Shown here: positions 63,481 to 64,000 of the stretch, piece after piece | How the letters are laid out: every line of letters starts with the position of its first letter | Numbering within the stretch: position 1 is the first letter of the stretch | Source: a virus | Virus record (IMG/VR): IMGVR_UViG_3300045988_147856 | DNA length: 64,000 nucleotides | Strand: one strand, 5' to 3' | Made by a program: the position numbers and the translations under genes | The notes under the pieces: model-generated | Seen by the model: only the letters and a program-made list of their open reading frames with translations | What the model was told of the DNA's origin: nothing | Databases searched by the model: none

Positions 63481-63703
63481 GCTTCTCACTCTAATAGCTC
63501 ACGAGGTTGTGCCTCGGAAATGTGTAAACAACATGGAGTTTGTCGGCTATGTTGCTCGGTGCAGTCAGTGTGGCGAACCAATAGCAATCTACTATAAACT
63601 CGACGACGAGCTGAGGGTTTCGATTTTGCCGAGATTCAAAAGATATAAGGAACAGATAGAAAACAAATTAAGGAAAGGAAATGATTTATCGAGTGGAAAA
63701 TAA
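63467..63703 (+). CDS. Small zinc-ribbon-like protein
   Basis: 78-aa ORF overlapping the upstream stop; CSQCG. Confidence 0.5.
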   Translation: MRKSKLLTLIAHEVVPRKCVNNMEFVGYVARCSQCGEPIAIYYKLDDELRVSILPRFKRYKEQIENKLRKGNDLSSGK

Positions 63704-63704
63704 A

Positions 63705-64000
63705 ATGACATTATTTACGAACGAAGAGCTTGGAAATGTTAGGGCTTTGGAGATCGACGGCGAGCCGTATTTCGTCGGCAAGGATGTCGCCGAGATACTC
63801 GGATATAGTAATCCGCGAAAAGCAATCGGCGACCACGTAGACGATGAAGATAAAACCGATGGGGTAACGATTCGTGACTCCATCGGTAGGGAGCAAAAAC
63901 CCATAATCATCAACGAGTCAGGTCTTTACAGCCTTATCCTCTCAAGCAAACTCCCGAAAGCCAAAGAGTTCAAGCGCTGGGTAACGGCGGAAGTGCTTCC
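63705..64000 (+). CDS. Bro-N domain protein, partial (runs off window end); paralog of 41211..41588
   Basis: MTLFTNEELGNVRALEIDGEPYFVGKDVAEILGYSNPRKAI... Not in the track because it has no stop within the window. Confidence 0.75.
   Translation, partial: MTLFTNEELGNVRALEIDGEPYFVGKDVAEILGYSNPRKAIGDHVDDEDKTDGVTIRDSIGREQKPIIINESGLYSLILSSKLPKAKEFKRWVTAEVL

Overview
The window is almost entirely a temperate siphovirus-like phage with low-GC Firmicutes/Clostridia-type signals (strong AGGAGG-type SDs, a Cheo-type LexA box). It appears to be in non-integrated form: an attP (the 3' half of a tRNA-Asn plus GTCTAAC arm repeats) lies beside int/xis at ~32.8-34.4 kb, with phage DNA on both sides. Layout: 1-32 kb (minus strand) is the late module, running terminase, portal, protease/scaffold, capsid, connectors, tail tube, chaperones, tape measure, Dit, Tal/fibre. 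Three phage tRNAs sit at 32.1-32.7 kb. 34.2-43.2 kb (minus) is an early-left operon with a helicase-like ATPase, Bro-N/KilAC antirepressor, a YonO/RdRP-like single-subunit RNA polymerase, a metallophosphoesterase and HU. 43.3-45.9 kb is a 2.7-kb ORF-poor, hairpin-dense region around one XRE repressor. 45.9-58.2 kb (plus) holds about 30 small early genes with a conserved junction motif. 58.2-64 kb is an accessory block: TnpB plus omega-RNA region, mazF, hicA, an SOS-boxed second tyrosine recombinase, a lytic transglycosylase and a second Bro-N gene. The most notable observation is that the tape-measure gene appears split by a ~4-kb group I intron. A peripheral loop of that intron, closed by an 8+6 bp long-range stem, carries a toxIN-type type III TA, a type I-like TA and other genes. 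Other leads: three tandem 36-nt hairpin repeats with compensatory stem changes, large ORF-free structured segments, an initiator-like tRNA alongside several genes that seem to start at AUU/AUA/CUG, and an amber-split antirepressor. All calls come from reading the sequence and from recalled family signatures; no searches were run.
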